A DNA stretch of 64,000 nt from Candidatus Bathyarchaeia archaeon (GCA_049521795.1 JBEKOM010000002.1:192001-256000), one strand, 5' to 3'; counted from the first letter of the stretch, positions 9,685-20,163 are shown. Made by a program: numbers and translations. The notes: generated by a model from the letters alone, not told the origin.

Positions 9685-10083
9685 GTGAAGCTGCATGGGC
9701 ACTTGGGCCCCTTTCTGGTTGTCGGGGTCAGAATGGGAGGCGTTGCAAAGAGAGTCTTTAACCAAGATGCTGAGAACAGTGTCAGGTTTCAAGTAACGGC
9801 GAAGGTTCCGTTAGTCATTCCCTTTTCATGCACTATCGACGGAATACAGGCTGCAACCCGCTGCACGCTCGGCAACCAGAGACTCAGGATAGAAAACACT
9901 CAGAAGCAGATATTTGCGAGTTTCACGGCTGAAAACTCTGATCATCAAGTGCGAATATCTGTCAACCCGAGAGTGATCACAGAGCTGATGAGAAAAATGT
10001 CAGCGGGCATTGGTAATGACGAACTTGCCGGAGAAATCGCTGCTATGCCAGAGAGACAGCTCTTCACGATCGAGAAAGAATGA
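9685..10083 (+). CDS. FmdE-family protein (formylmethanofuran dehydrogenase subunit E-like)
   Basis: LHGHLGPFLVVGVRMG and SCTIDGIQAATRCTLGN motifs; frame is open back to CTG 9634, which follows an AGGTGA SD. Confidence 0.85.
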   Translation: MKLHGHLGPFLVVGVRMGGVAKRVFNQDAENSVRFQVTAKVPLVIPFSCTIDGIQAATRCTLGNQRLRIENTQKQIFASFTAENSDHQVRISVNPRVITELMRKMSAGIGNDELAGEIAAMPERQLFTIEKE

Positions 10084-10564
10084 GCAATTCCGGCTGTTCG
10101 AGGTTGGTGAGGTTACGACGAGCTTCAAGGATTTAGAAACAGCCAAGAGAGGACTCAGTGAAAGGCACTTAACGCTCTGTGTCGTGAAGGAAGGACACGT
10201 CATTTTTGAAGCAAGGACCCACGGAGTCTTGGGTTTGGTGGAAGCCGTGGAGGAGTTTAAAGACAGGCTTGATGGTGCTTCAGTTGCAGATCGAGTTGTC
10301 GGAAAGGCAATCGCACTGCTGTGTGTCTATGTCAACGTCAGAGCTGTCTACGCGGCAACTATCAGCAAGGCTGCGAAGGCACTGCTTGAAGGAAACTCGG
10401 TTTACCTTGAATGTGACAGCCTTGTCGAAAACATTCTTGGTGCAGACAAGTCGAAGACTTGTCCGTTCGAGCAGCTGGTAGACAGGATTGCAGATCCAGG
10501 TGATGCGTACAGGAAGCTGAAGAACGCGTGCGGTTCAGCAACGCGCTTCAATCCACACGGATGA
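10010..10564 (+). CDS. DUF1893 (TM1506-like) protein; true start probably near 10115-10118
   Basis: GASVADRVVGKAIALL...ISKAA...CPFEQ family motifs; the track start overlaps the upstream gene by 74 nt. Confidence 0.8.
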   Translation: MVMTNLPEKSLLCQRDSSSRSRKNEQFRLFEVGEVTTSFKDLETAKRGLSERHLTLCVVKEGHVIFEARTHGVLGLVEAVEEFKDRLDGASVADRVVGKAIALLCVYVNVRAVYAATISKAAKALLEGNSVYLECDSLVENILGADKSKTCPFEQLVDRIADPGDAYRKLKNACGSATRFNPHG

Positions 10565-10570
10565 AAATGC

Positions 10571-10993
10571 ATGAGCGGTGAACACGAACGACTTATATCA
10601 AAGGAAGAAGAAGAACTGAAGCGTATAAGGGAAAAGAAACTGGCTGAGTTCAAGGCGAGAAAGAAAATGGGCAACGAACCTGTTCATGTGACTGACGCGG
10701 ATTTCGAAGAGACGGTTAAGAAGCACTCGCTGGCGTTGATTGACTTCTGGGCTCCTTGGTGTGGTCCATGCTTGGCCCTGACACCGGTGATTGAGGAGTT
10801 GAACAAGGACTACGCTGGAAGGGTGTTCGTCGGGAAGCTTAACGTCGATGAGAACCCGCAGACTGCTGAATGTTTCCAAGTCTTCAGCATACCGACCTTG
10901 CTGATAATGAAAAGCGGACGAGAAGTCGATAGAATCGTAGGATGTGTTCCGAAGAAGCACATCGAAGCTGCATTAGGAAAACACCTCGGATAG
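10571..10993 (+). CDS. trxA: Thioredoxin with N-terminal charged helix
   Basis: DFWAPWCGPC active site, KLNVDENP, SIPTL. Confidence 0.93.
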   Translation: MSGEHERLISKEEEELKRIREKKLAEFKARKKMGNEPVHVTDADFEETVKKHSLALIDFWAPWCGPCLALTPVIEELNKDYAGRVFVGKLNVDENPQTAECFQVFSIPTLLIMKSGREVDRIVGCVPKKHIEAALGKHLG

Positions 10994-11192
10994 GTAAAAC
11001 ATGGACATACTTGAACGGAGATTACTAGGAGCGCTCTTGCTCCTTCTAGGCGTTTCTTTCTTGGCCATCGCCGTCCACACGGGACAAATCGAAGTTGTAA
11101 GGAGACTCTTGACAAGAGGATTCCCTTAGGCTGCTTGAACGTAAACATTCTTAAGGCAATCAGAAGCATACCTTAATATCGTCACCTTCGCT

Positions 11193-11774
11193 GTGCGAGT
11201 GGTCAGAATGAGCCCACCGACGATAAAGAGCAGGGACGTCGAAAAAGAGGCGGTTCAGGAAGCAGCTAGGTTCATGCTCATCGCTGCACGGACAGCTCCC
11301 AAGACTGCTGGGGTTGACGACGTTCTAACGTCGATCGTTTACGGGCATGAAAAGGATCTCATCGCAGACAAGATGGAAGAGATCGGCGTAGAACGAGGAT
11401 TGAAAGGCTTCAAGCGGGACGCTGGGAACGTGAGGGATTCTGAGGCCGTGGTCCTTATCGGTGTCAGAGGAAGCAAGAGTGCCGGCTTGAACTGCGGAGG
11501 TTGCGGCTTTGAGAACTGCAAAGAATTCGATAAACGGGAGCGAAGACTTGGCAGAGACTTCCTTGGCCCTATGTGCATCTTTAAGGCCTTAGATCTCGGG
11601 ATAGCCACGGGCTCTGCCGTTAAAACTGCTAGCACCTTGAACGTGGACAACCGCATCATGTACCGCGTGGGTACGGCGGCTGCGAAACTGAGGATGCTGC
11701 CGGAAGCATCTGTTATCATGGGCGTCCCAGTTTCAGCTCATGGCAAGAGTATCTATTTTGACCGATCCACGTAG
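11193..11774 (+). CDS. DUF2148 ferredoxin-domain protein
   Basis: AARTAPK, NCGGCGFENC, DLGIATGSAVK, VDNRIMY, KSIYFDR. Confidence 0.88.
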   Translation: MRVVRMSPPTIKSRDVEKEAVQEAARFMLIAARTAPKTAGVDDVLTSIVYGHEKDLIADKMEEIGVERGLKGFKRDAGNVRDSEAVVLIGVRGSKSAGLNCGGCGFENCKEFDKRERRLGRDFLGPMCIFKALDLGIATGSAVKTASTLNVDNRIMYRVGTAAAKLRMLPEASVIMGVPVSAHGKSIYFDRST

Positions 11775-11785
11775 TTTTTCTGGCT

Positions 11786-12388
11786 TTAGCCCTTCATCTT
11801 CTCGAGCATCTTCTCGAAAGTCCAGCGGATGCTTGACTTTAGCTCCTTTAGACGGTCTGAGTCGAAGTTTCTGATCACTATCTCGCGTATCACGTCGCCC
11901 TCTCGCGCGATGTCGAAGCACAGAATCTTGTCAGCGGCCAGTTGACCAGATCTTGCAAGCTCGCTGTCCCGCTCCTGCATTTTCAGCAGAACTCTTTGGA
12001 CGAAGAACTGGTTGAAAGGCGGTGTATTGACGCTGAAGTCCTTGTCTTCGGCAGGCACAACGTGCAGAGAATTATCATCGACATAGAAGTCTGCGAGCAC
12101 CTCTCCGTTGACGGACTTCAGCGTGTTGACGTTTTCAGGCTCCACTTCGGCCTCAAAGGCGCCGTGCTCAGCCCCCACGGTTTCCTCCTTCTCTTCCGTT
12201 AAGGTTCTGGCGGCATCGGGCTTCGGCTCTATTTCCACGCGTCTGAATCCTTTTTCCAACAGTATCGAATTTACGGTGTCAAGCATGGTTTTGAACTCTT
12301 TGAGCTCCGCTTCCAGTTCTTGAAGTCTCGTTTCAATTCTTTTCTTGAAATCGATAAGCCTCTTTACGTTTTCAGAATCTTGGGACAT
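11786..12388 (-). CDS. Conserved archaeal hypothetical protein (N-terminal coiled coil)
   Basis: 200-aa ORF with a coiled-coil start and FSVNTPPFNQFFVQRVL / SIRWTFEKM segments; GAAGG upstream. Confidence 0.7.
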   Translation of the reverse strand: MSQDSENVKRLIDFKKRIETRLQELEAELKEFKTMLDTVNSILLEKGFRRVEIEPKPDAARTLTEEKEETVGAEHGAFEAEVEPENVNTLKSVNGEVLADFYVDDNSLHVVPAEDKDFSVNTPPFNQFFVQRVLLKMQERDSELARSGQLAADKILCFDIAREGDVIREIVIRNFDSDRLKELKSSIRWTFEKMLEKMKG

Positions 12389-12446
12389 CTGCCTTCACAA
12401 GGATCATTGTGCAGGTTATCCCTTATCAAGGCTTTGAAGCTTGAAT

Positions 12447-12944
12447 TCAGGCCACTGCTGCCTCTTCGCAACTGCTCACTCTTACTCTTCGGCAAGAAAG
12501 GGGTGGAAAAGGCTCAACTCTGACCTTCAGTTCACTTTGAAGGAACTTCTCGAATTCTTGAAACACCTGACTGTCAGTGTTGTTCAATCTCACGCAGAGG
12601 TCCTTGCCCTTTGTCACTTGGCTCAAGTCATAGAGGGCTACGTTCTTTGATACAGCTGGGTTTTCGCAGATTGTTCTCACCAATTCTTCAGAGGGAGTCT
12701 GTGAGAACAGCCAGGCGGTGTAGGAGGCTTCAACAACGCGGTAGGACGTTCCTTCTCTGACCACGCATTTCTTATCAAGTGCTATTCTCCTGAAGGAAGA
12801 GGGATGCACGTCTCTAGCCCATAGAAAATTGTGATAGTTATCCTCCAATTCAACCCAGTCTTCGCCCTCAGAAGTTTTCCAGCCGAGACTTATGCAAAAA
12901 AGTTTGAACTTGCGGAGTATTTCCCAAACTCTAGAGATCACCAT
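12447..12944 (-). CDS. Hypothetical protein
   Basis: 165-aa ORF with protein-like composition filling the gap; no recognisable motif. Confidence 0.6.
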   Translation of the reverse strand: MVISRVWEILRKFKLFCISLGWKTSEGEDWVELEDNYHNFLWARDVHPSSFRRIALDKKCVVREGTSYRVVEASYTAWLFSQTPSEELVRTICENPAVSKNVALYDLSQVTKGKDLCVRLNNTDSQVFQEFEKFLQSELKVRVEPFPPLSCRRVRVSSCEEAAVA

Positions 12945-13214
12945 ACTTTGCTGACCCGCCTCTGGAAGAACAATCTAGAACAATCTTTATTCCACCTACC
13001 ACAAATTTAAGCTTTTTGCCCCAGCTGTTCGCACAGGTGAGCCTGTATTGCACGTATTTCCGAATATTTGTAGCTTGATAGCCTTCGCCGCCCACAGGTG
13101 TACGGCAAACGTTCCGTGAAATTGACTAAGAAGAGTCTGAAAAACTACAATTATCAGACGGCAAACGATAAATTCAAACGTGATCACTTGAATATTGAAA
13201 GGAGCAGCCTGACA

Positions 13215-13715
13215 TTGAGGCGCAAGAGCCCTGCTTTATTCTTGGATGCTAAGGACTTGGAAATCTTGAAGGCTTTGCAGGAGGATTCTAGGCAGACTTA
13301 CACTGCCATAGGTAAACGCGTGGGAATAGCCCACTCCACAGTTTATGACAGAGTGAGAAGAATGGAGGTGCAGAAAGTGATAAAGAATTACACGGCGCTG
13401 GTTGACCTTGAGAAGGCTGGGGTGAAGAAGATCATGGCGATCATGACTGTTTACACCGACCCTAAAGAGACAGAGAGAGTTGCGGAGAAACTGGCAGAGT
13501 CGCCTGAGGTCCTTGAGGTTTACACGTCGCTTTCAGATGAGCTGCTGATTATGGCAAAGGTTTTGGCTGCAAGTCAAGAGGGTCTTCACGCTTTCGTAGC
13601 CAATTCAGTTGCGCCCTTGAGGGGCGTCTTGAGAATTCGCACAGCAATCGTCACTAGGAAACTGAAGGAAACTCATTTCCTTGTCAACGATTGTTTGGAA
13701 GGGTCACGCTTATAA
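13215..13715 (+). CDS. Lrp/AsnC family transcriptional regulator
   Basis: LDAKDLEILKALQEDSRQTYTAIGKRVGIAHSTVYDRVRRM HTH plus RAM domain; TTG at 13215 after GGAG preferred over 13098. Confidence 0.93.
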   Translation: MRRKSPALFLDAKDLEILKALQEDSRQTYTAIGKRVGIAHSTVYDRVRRMEVQKVIKNYTALVDLEKAGVKKIMAIMTVYTDPKETERVAEKLAESPEVLEVYTSLSDELLIMAKVLAASQEGLHAFVANSVAPLRGVLRIRTAIVTRKLKETHFLVNDCLEGSRL

Positions 13716-13748
13716 ACAGAAACACATGATATAGGTGAAAGAAGGAGA

Positions 13749-14093
13749 ATGAGTTCAGAAACGAGTTCAAAGATTCTCAGAGTTGTGCCGAGGGAGAAGG
13801 CGTTCTATTTCTTCACTTCTATTGGAAACTACACTGGCACAAGTGCCGCGTCCTTGAAGGAATTCATGGAAAAGGTCAATGAGGTGAACGCCAAATCATT
13901 GGAGTTTCATCTTTACCGAGCGGACTTTGAAAAGTGGATAGCTGAGGTTTTGGAGGATGCTTGGTTGGCTGGAGAGGTTAGAAGGCTGCAGAAGTCCGGT
14001 CTGACCGGCGAACCCCTGAGGAACCAGCTGTACCTGACTGTTTCGAGACGGTTCAAGAGATTAACTTCTCCGGGAAGCCCTGTTCAATTCTAG
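13749..14093 (+). CDS. DUF5752-like protein
   Basis: VPREKAFYFFTSIGNYTG...ASLKEF...SLEFHLYRADFEKWI; SD AAGGAG. Confidence 0.75.
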   Translation: MSSETSSKILRVVPREKAFYFFTSIGNYTGTSAASLKEFMEKVNEVNAKSLEFHLYRADFEKWIAEVLEDAWLAGEVRRLQKSGLTGEPLRNQLYLTVSRRFKRLTSPGSPVQF

Positions 14094-15004
14094 AATCGGT
14101 TGCCCCGAGGGTCTTCAACTTTCTCGGAAACCGGCACGATCATAAGTGCGGTGTTTGTGCTATCGTTCTTCCTGTAGTCGGGTATAAGATAGTTTCCGGC
14201 GCTGACTGGGTCGTACACCAGGCGGGCCCAGCCGAATTCTGATGGAAAAGGCCACAGTTTGCCCACTGCCGCGCTCACAGTGTTATTCTCGTCTATCAGA
14301 TGTTGAAGGAGGAGACTTGCTGCATAGTCGTTGTCGGAAGTGCTAACCCAATTGTCCCAGCTTATTATCACCCTTGCCCCCTTTGCCTCAAAGGCTTGGG
14401 CTGTCTTAAGGTACCCTTGCTGCAGCCCGTTGCAACTCATCAACACGATCACGGTGTCTTGGAATGTTCCGCTCATGACCTTCTCGATGAATGTTGGGGT
14501 TATCCCAAAATAGAGAGTTGGGTCTCCGGTTATGTTGACAAGTGTGAGGCTGCCGTCTGGGTACTGGTCGTAGCTTATCGAACCATACTTGTCGGTCGTG
14601 GACATGGCGATGTACTTTGAATTTAAGTCTAGAGCTGAATGGGCTCTCCACAGTATCAGTTTGTAGCCCGCCGATGCTAATTTGCTGTACTCCTCCACCG
14701 TTGCGTTGTCCGAGTAGTAGTCGACGATGGAAAACCGTTTGTAAAGTAACTCGCTTGCCGATTCTATGAAAGTCTGATTCTCGTCGCGAATCAAATCGTC
14801 TAGCTTGGAGCTGCCCAACTGATCTATAATTGCCGCTTTGGCTTCGGCTGGTTGAGAAAGAGAGGCTGAGTAGAAGTAGATGGCTGGTATCAAAATGACC
14901 ATTAAGGCAACCGCTGCATAAATTGGTTTTCTGCTATGCTTAGAGACTCTTGTTTGCTGCTCGGTCCTTTTCACAAGCTGGGGCACCCAAAGTAGCCATA
15001 CCAA
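14090..15004 (-). CDS. Membrane-anchored exported protein, putative clan CD (caspase/CHAT/gingipain-like) peptidase; paralog of 48570
   Basis: N-terminal TM; KLILWRAHS ... IVLMSCNG ... AQAFEAKGARVIISWDNWVS resembles the His/Cys CHAT-fold pattern. Confidence 0.6.
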   Translation of the reverse strand: MVWLLWVPQLVKRTEQQTRVSKHSRKPIYAAVALMVILIPAIYFYSASLSQPAEAKAAIIDQLGSSKLDDLIRDENQTFIESASELLYKRFSIVDYYSDNATVEEYSKLASAGYKLILWRAHSALDLNSKYIAMSTTDKYGSISYDQYPDGSLTLVNITGDPTLYFGITPTFIEKVMSGTFQDTVIVLMSCNGLQQGYLKTAQAFEAKGARVIISWDNWVSTSDNDYAASLLLQHLIDENNTVSAAVGKLWPFPSEFGWARLVYDPVSAGNYLIPDYRKNDSTNTALMIVPVSEKVEDPRGNRF

Positions 15005-15029
15005 CAGTTAAAATACAGAAGGGGGATGG

Positions 15030-15569
15030 TTATTTCCTTTTTCTTTTGACCACGATCAGAGCCGCAGCGAAGGCACAGAGCAGAGTTGAGTAAGCTAAGG
15101 CCTGAACGAGTGACGTATGGTTCGCAAGTGAGACTGAGTAGTCTCCTACTGGAACTGGCACGACTGTGACTTTGGCGCTGCTCGAGTAGGCAGTGTTGTT
15201 GTTAGCGTCGGTGACCTTTAGGTACACGAAGTACATGCTGGTTGACGTTGCGGGGAAGGTCCAGCTGGCTGATGTTGCGCCCGACAATGGTGCTCCGTCT
15301 ACGTACCACTCGTACGAGTAGGCGCGGGTGAGTAGGGTTCGATGCCCCCGGTACGCTTGATGCGAATAACACTGATCCTCACGCGGCCACTGTGGAATCT
15401 AGGGGACTTATGGTAACTGATGGCGGTGGCGGGGCAATGCTGAAGACAGCGATCAAGGTGTGGTTCGTTTCATCAGGACTGGGATTGGGTTGACCGTTGA
15501 GCTCACGTTGGTGCTGTAGAGTTCCCAGTGGTCAAGTACGTAGCCCGAGTTGGGCAATGCTGTGACCTG
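15030..15569 (-). pseudogene. 3' remnant of a surface-protein gene paralogous to 38906-40510
   Basis: Translates as QVTALPNSGYVLDHWEL...NHTLIAVF...VTISP...YSYEWYVDGAPLSGATSASWTF...VPVGDYSVSL+TM+KRKRK with frameshifts and a stop; similarity begins at GGCGCGCC 15569-15576. Confidence 0.85.
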
Positions 15570-15747
15570 GCGCGCCCAAATGATATCGTGGCAAGGAAGG
15601 TGGCTCAAAAAGGATGCGTCAACGGGACGTTTTGTGTCTAGGAGCAGTTCTTTTTGCGGGTCTCCAGTCTGGAAGCTCAGATTTCATGAGGTTTTTAAGT
15701 AAAAGCTTCGGACGAAGAAAGAAGAGGCAGTAGTCTGCGCAACCACG

Positions 15748-16479
15748 TCAGCGTTGGTCCTCGGGTTCGATCACGGGTTGAAGCTCTGCCTTTCTCCTTA
15801 AAGATTTAGGTGGCCTCTTGTGCGTGCTCAGGTAGACGACGGATGATGCTACTGCAAGAACGAGGATTTCACTGGCGATCACTGTTTCTTGGAAGCCTGC
15901 GTCTGTCCATGCTGGCGGCGGTCCTTGACCGGTTATCAAGCCGTTGACGTCGACGTGGGCAGCATCATTGCCTTGTCCATTCTTGACCAGACTTACACTC
16001 TCACCTTGAAATGGCGCGTGTATTTCTAGAGTTGTGGTTCCCACGTGAATAATCGTGAAGTTCATCCAAAATATGACTCCAGTTCCGCTTATCTGCGTGC
16101 CGTGAGATTGGAAGAGGCAACCGAAAAGTGTCGTTCCGTTTTGATTGTCCATGTAGTTCATTACGAAGTAGGTCGGAGATACATCTTTCAGGAAGGGACC
16201 CTCAATAACACCGTAAGATGGCCCCCCGCCGGTTGGCGCAGTACCATTGGGAACGCCGGTTGTGACTTGGGCTATGTAAGGGTCCCATGACACGGCGATT
16301 ACCCATTCTCCAACAGATGGCACATTTTTCAGGGTTGCAGTAAGCAAGACCGTCTGGCCAACTTGGTCTACGTTGTAAACTGCATCTATGCTCAGCACGG
16401 TGGTCGGTGGGATCGTGTAGACGTATGCAAGAACAACCACGACGACCACCAACAGCAATGCTAATGCCTTCCTTTTCAA
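15748..16479 (-). CDS. Cohesin-like domain membrane protein
   Basis: Signal/TM, VGQTV...SWDP...EGPFLK...SGTGVIFWMNF cohesin-like pattern, C-terminal TM plus basic tail. Confidence 0.75.
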   Translation of the reverse strand: MKRKALALLLVVVVVVLAYVYTIPPTTVLSIDAVYNVDQVGQTVLLTATLKNVPSVGEWVIAVSWDPYIAQVTTGVPNGTAPTGGGPSYGVIEGPFLKDVSPTYFVMNYMDNQNGTTLFGCLFQSHGTQISGTGVIFWMNFTIIHVGTTTLEIHAPFQGESVSLVKNGQGNDAAHVDVNGLITGQGPPPAWTDAGFQETVIASEILVLAVASSVVYLSTHKRPPKSLRRKAELQPVIEPEDQR

Positions 16480-16629
16480 ACCCTTTCACCTTGGCCTCCT
16501 ATAGTGCGCTTTTGTATATTTTAACTTGTTGTTTCAGAAGACAGTTAGGGCATAGTGCTTCCTAGAGCTTGCGTTTTTAAGACAGAGAAAAAAGGATGGG
16601 GCTTCCTTAAGCCTGCACGATTGTCCAAT

Positions 16630-17673
16630 CTATGTTTGTCTTCTCTTGCGGAGTCCAACAGCGATCAGCGTTGCGATCATTAGCAGCGGAATAGCCATTA
16701 GTACAGGAAACTCTGGTATCGTTCCCACTATCTGCACCGTTTTAGTGCTTAACCCTGTTGTGAAGTAGAGATAAGTGTTCGTACTGTCCTCTGCTACTAT
16801 TGGTGTTACCGGTGTTCCGTTAACCGTTACGTTCCAATGATCTGCTGCTTCGTTTGCGAGCGCCACGAGGTTCTTTGGAATTGTCACGTTGACGTAAGCA
16901 GTTGTTCCGCCGTTTGATGCAGCTGTAAGGTTGAAGTTAAGCGTCCAGTTTGCGATGTACGTCATGGAGCTTGGTACCACTGTAGCGTTGCTCACTGTTA
17001 TGACGTTGTAGTTTGTGCCGCTCTTGACGACGACGCTGGTCACCGATTCCGGGGGTCCGTAGATCACGATTTGACCGTCAGCCGTTGCCATCGTTATTGG
17101 TAGTCCATTAACGTCGCCTACTACTACGCCTGATATCGCTAGGCCTGTTTGATACTTCATGTTCGTCGGTGGAATGGCGGTTACGTTAAAAGTGAGCGTC
17201 GCTAGTGCCGTCTCTCCGTTACCGTAGTTGGCCGTTGTAACGTTGATCGGAGCGTAACCTCCGGATATTGCTGAACCGGTATCTTGGAACGTCTGTGCGT
17301 AGGTTGCGGTGCCGGCAGTGTTGTTGATTTTCAAATTGATGGACCAGATGTTGCTCCATTGATCCGACGGCGTCACGTTGTGGAATAGGATCTCAGTCAT
17401 CTTTGTGCACGTTAGAAAAGTTGTGTTCCAAGTAAGCGTGAACTGCGGTCCCATGAAGGCTGTGATGTTAGCAATGCTGACGCTCACGTTGAACAGTGTT
17501 CCGACCGTCGCGCCGGTTAGAATGGTCTGCGGTGGGTCAACAAGAACCGTTGGTGAGCTGCTGCTAGCTGAGCATTTTGGGAAAGTGGAAGCGGAGTAAA
17601 GTATTGCTGAGATTATTAGCATGCTCATGAATACCCAGTGAAAGCCCTTCGACTTCAAATTCTTAGGAGTCAT
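16630..17673 (-). CDS. Cohesin-domain surface protein with PEF-type C-terminal sorting signal
   Basis: Signal peptide, VLVDPP...FNVSVSIANIT...QFTLTWN...LATLTF, ends IPEFP+TM+RKRR; ATG 17673 after AGGTG. Confidence 0.82.
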   Translation of the reverse strand: MTPKNLKSKGFHWVFMSMLIISAILYSASTFPKCSASSSSPTVLVDPPQTILTGATVGTLFNVSVSIANITAFMGPQFTLTWNTTFLTCTKMTEILFHNVTPSDQWSNIWSINLKINNTAGTATYAQTFQDTGSAISGGYAPINVTTANYGNGETALATLTFNVTAIPPTNMKYQTGLAISGVVVGDVNGLPITMATADGQIVIYGPPESVTSVVVKSGTNYNVITVSNATVVPSSMTYIANWTLNFNLTAASNGGTTAYVNVTIPKNLVALANEAADHWNVTVNGTPVTPIVAEDSTNTYLYFTTGLSTKTVQIVGTIPEFPVLMAIPLLMIATLIAVGLRKRRQT

Positions 17674-17828
17674 TTTTAAACACACCTTTTTTATGATTTC
17701 TCAGTATGGAGTATTTAACATTTATTGTTCAAGAACTCTTCAGTCTCTCAATATGAGGATCTTCAACAGGGACAAATTCATCGACGACGCGTATGCGCGG
17801 CTGAGGAACGAAAAAAGGTGTGTTTAAA

Positions 17829-19091
17829 CTAGACTTTTCTGGTCTTTCGTCTAAACCTTATCACGTAGAACGCAAGCGCAAGCGCCCATACTACTGGTAT
17901 CACGACCGCAACTACAAGTCCAAACGATGGCAGCGGCGCAGGTGCGGGGTTTATTGTTATTGGTGTCGTTTGTCCCGCAGTGTTGCCGGCGAGGTCTGTT
18001 ACTTCCAGCGTCACGTTGTACGTTCCAGGTTGCCTGTACTCGTGGGTTACCGTGGCGGCTGTTGCGTTCGTGCCGTCCCCGAAGTCCCAGAAGTAGGCTG
18101 AGATGTTTGAGAGATGCGCGTGGCTTCCAGAGGCGCTAAAGTTGAATTTCCATTTGTAGCTTCCGAAGACAAATTCGAGGGCATCTCCAGATGCTGACGG
18201 AGAAACAGCCATGTCGATTGTTGGGGAAGTCTGATCTGCGATAAAGGTTGTTATGTTTGAGGAAGCCATCTGACCAGCCGTATTGTTTGCGAATACTTCA
18301 AGATTATGTTGTCCCTCTGAAACCTGAATAAGGTTGTTCGTAAATGTCACGTTTGCCTGGTCGTCTATACTGTAACCGATCCACGATGTGTTTCCGGTGA
18401 TTCTAAGTGTTAAATTCACAGGGATCGTGCTGTAACCACCGTTTTGGGGCGAAATAATCTCAATGAGCGGACGGACGTTCCCCACCGTTACCGAGCCTTT
18501 GGTGCTAGTCGCGGATAGCGGCATTCCGTTTATATCGCCAACTCTGATACTATCGGCCACAAAATCTATTGTAGACCTCCCATCTCCAGCTCCCTTAAAT
18601 TCTATTATTGCCACTACATACATGCCTGGCCCTATGGGTGCGTAGCCGCCTTCCAATGCCCTGTCCCTGTCTTGGAACGTTTGGGCATAAGACGCGAAGC
18701 CAGCTGTGTTGTTGTATCCCAGCTGTATACTCCAGATGTTATCCCATTCAGACTGAGGCGTTACAGAGTGAAACAGAGATTCCCATATTTTATCTGCGGT
18801 CATAATCGTTGAATTCCATTCAATGACGAACTGTAAACCCTCAACTCCCACAGAGGAGGGAATATTGATCATGATGGTGACGTTGAATTTATCTCCGACC
18901 GCTACACTTTGCGATTCGGGGGTTATCGACAACACAACGTCACTTGCGGCGTTTGACCTTGGGATACTGATGAAAAAAAAGGGCGCCATGATTAGAATTA
19001 GCAGCAGAGGACTCAAGAGTATGCTGAGTTGTCTCAGATTTAACACCTTGAAACAAGAAGAGGGGAGGGAAACATTTAAGTTTATCGACAT
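17829..19091 (-). CDS. Cohesin + Ig + PKD domain membrane-anchored protein (start probably about 19037-19046)
   Basis: VGDKFNVTIMI...QFVIEWN cohesin; FWDFGDG...HEYRQPGTYNVTLEVTD PKD; C-terminal TM plus RRKTRK. Confidence 0.82.
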   Translation of the reverse strand: MSINLNVSLPSSCFKVLNLRQLSILLSPLLLILIMAPFFFISIPRSNAASDVVLSITPESQSVAVGDKFNVTIMINIPSSVGVEGLQFVIEWNSTIMTADKIWESLFHSVTPQSEWDNIWSIQLGYNNTAGFASYAQTFQDRDRALEGGYAPIGPGMYVVAIIEFKGAGDGRSTIDFVADSIRVGDINGMPLSATSTKGSVTVGNVRPLIEIISPQNGGYSTIPVNLTLRITGNTSWIGYSIDDQANVTFTNNLIQVSEGQHNLEVFANNTAGQMASSNITTFIADQTSPTIDMAVSPSASGDALEFVFGSYKWKFNFSASGSHAHLSNISAYFWDFGDGTNATAATVTHEYRQPGTYNVTLEVTDLAGNTAGQTTPITINPAPAPLPSFGLVVAVVIPVVWALALAFYVIRFRRKTRKV

Positions 19092-19130
19092 TGCATCAAA
19101 GCGTTATATTATCTGTCTCGGAGAAGGTTC

Positions 19131-19145
19131 TGGAACTCAATTCTA
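19131..19145 (-). promoter_or_regulatory. TAGAR-N5-YTCCR operator
   Basis: TAGAAttgagTTCCA upstream of the 17829-19091 gene; spacing to TATA atypical. Confidence 0.55.
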
Positions 19146-19158
19146 CTAGGAGGCGCAG

Positions 19159-20163
19159 TCAGCTGCCTAGACCAAAGTTGTTGGCCAGTATTATCGCGTC
19201 AAGGATGTTCACGGCGCCGTCACCGTTGAGGTCAGCTTTAGGATTCCAGTTTGAGCTGCTAGGCGTGGCGAGGAAGGCGTTTGCCAGCAGGATCGCATCC
19301 AAGATGTTAACGACGCCGTCACCGTTGATGTCTCCAACTGTGATCCTATGGAACGTCGCATTGCTTGTGACCAGCGTGCTAGGGTAGTAGATATTGTGGT
19401 AGATATTGTAGTAGGTGCTAGCGTAAACAATGTAGTTTCCATAAGGCACTCCGGAAGAAGGCAATTTGAAGGAAAAGTTGTAGGTCCCGCCTGAGCTAAG
19501 TTCAAATGGGATATTGCTTGTTGCCGTGCCGATTGTGACTGTTGCATTTAGTTCTGGACAGTATGGGTAGCCACCGTTTCTCGGAAAATCAGAGAATAAA
19601 CTAGCGTATAATGTGATATTTCCGCGGGTCGATGTTGGAATCATAGTGACCTGAAACGTTAAGCTTTGCGTTGAGTTTGGCGGTAACACATAGTACAGAG
19701 GCGATTGAAAACCGAGTGAAACCGAGTTTGCATCGTAGATCGTGACACCATATTGGACAGGGTGGGCGAGTGCATCGTCAAAATTCGTCCATTCAGCATG
19801 TAGATAAACGGATTCTCCTGCTTGGAAGCTATATTTCGGAACTCCGTTCGAGTCGCAGGGGTAGAATTCAGTGAAGTTGACAAGCCAGTTTTGTGAGGCG
19901 CTCGAGTCTGTTGGCAGGGCCCGCAAGATAAACGGGCTCCCTGAAGGGTTTCTCACCTCGACTCCCACTACTGCGTCCGAGACATAAAGCGAGGAGAGAT
20001 AATAATACAAGCTTCCGCCAACGTACACAGGATCGGATAAGCCGTAAGCATGCTTGTCGGTAGTGACCGTTAGCGTCAACGTGCTTTGGGCAAAGGAAGG
20101 GCTGGCAGCGAAAAACAGAACGAGCGTGGCAATCAACAGTGCCGGTATGACTTTTGGAATCAT
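19159..20163 (-). CDS. Secreted Ig/MG-like protein with C-terminal dockerin
   Basis: Signal peptide; TDKHAY MG2-like start; GDINGDGVVNILDAILLANAF...ADLNGDGAVNILDAIILANNF. Confidence 0.85.
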   Translation of the reverse strand: MIPKVIPALLIATLVLFFAASPSFAQSTLTLTVTTDKHAYGLSDPVYVGGSLYYYLSSLYVSDAVVGVEVRNPSGSPFILRALPTDSSASQNWLVNFTEFYPCDSNGVPKYSFQAGESVYLHAEWTNFDDALAHPVQYGVTIYDANSVSLGFQSPLYYVLPPNSTQSLTFQVTMIPTSTRGNITLYASLFSDFPRNGGYPYCPELNATVTIGTATSNIPFELSSGGTYNFSFKLPSSGVPYGNYIVYASTYYNIYHNIYYPSTLVTSNATFHRITVGDINGDGVVNILDAILLANAFLATPSSSNWNPKADLNGDGAVNILDAIILANNFGLGS

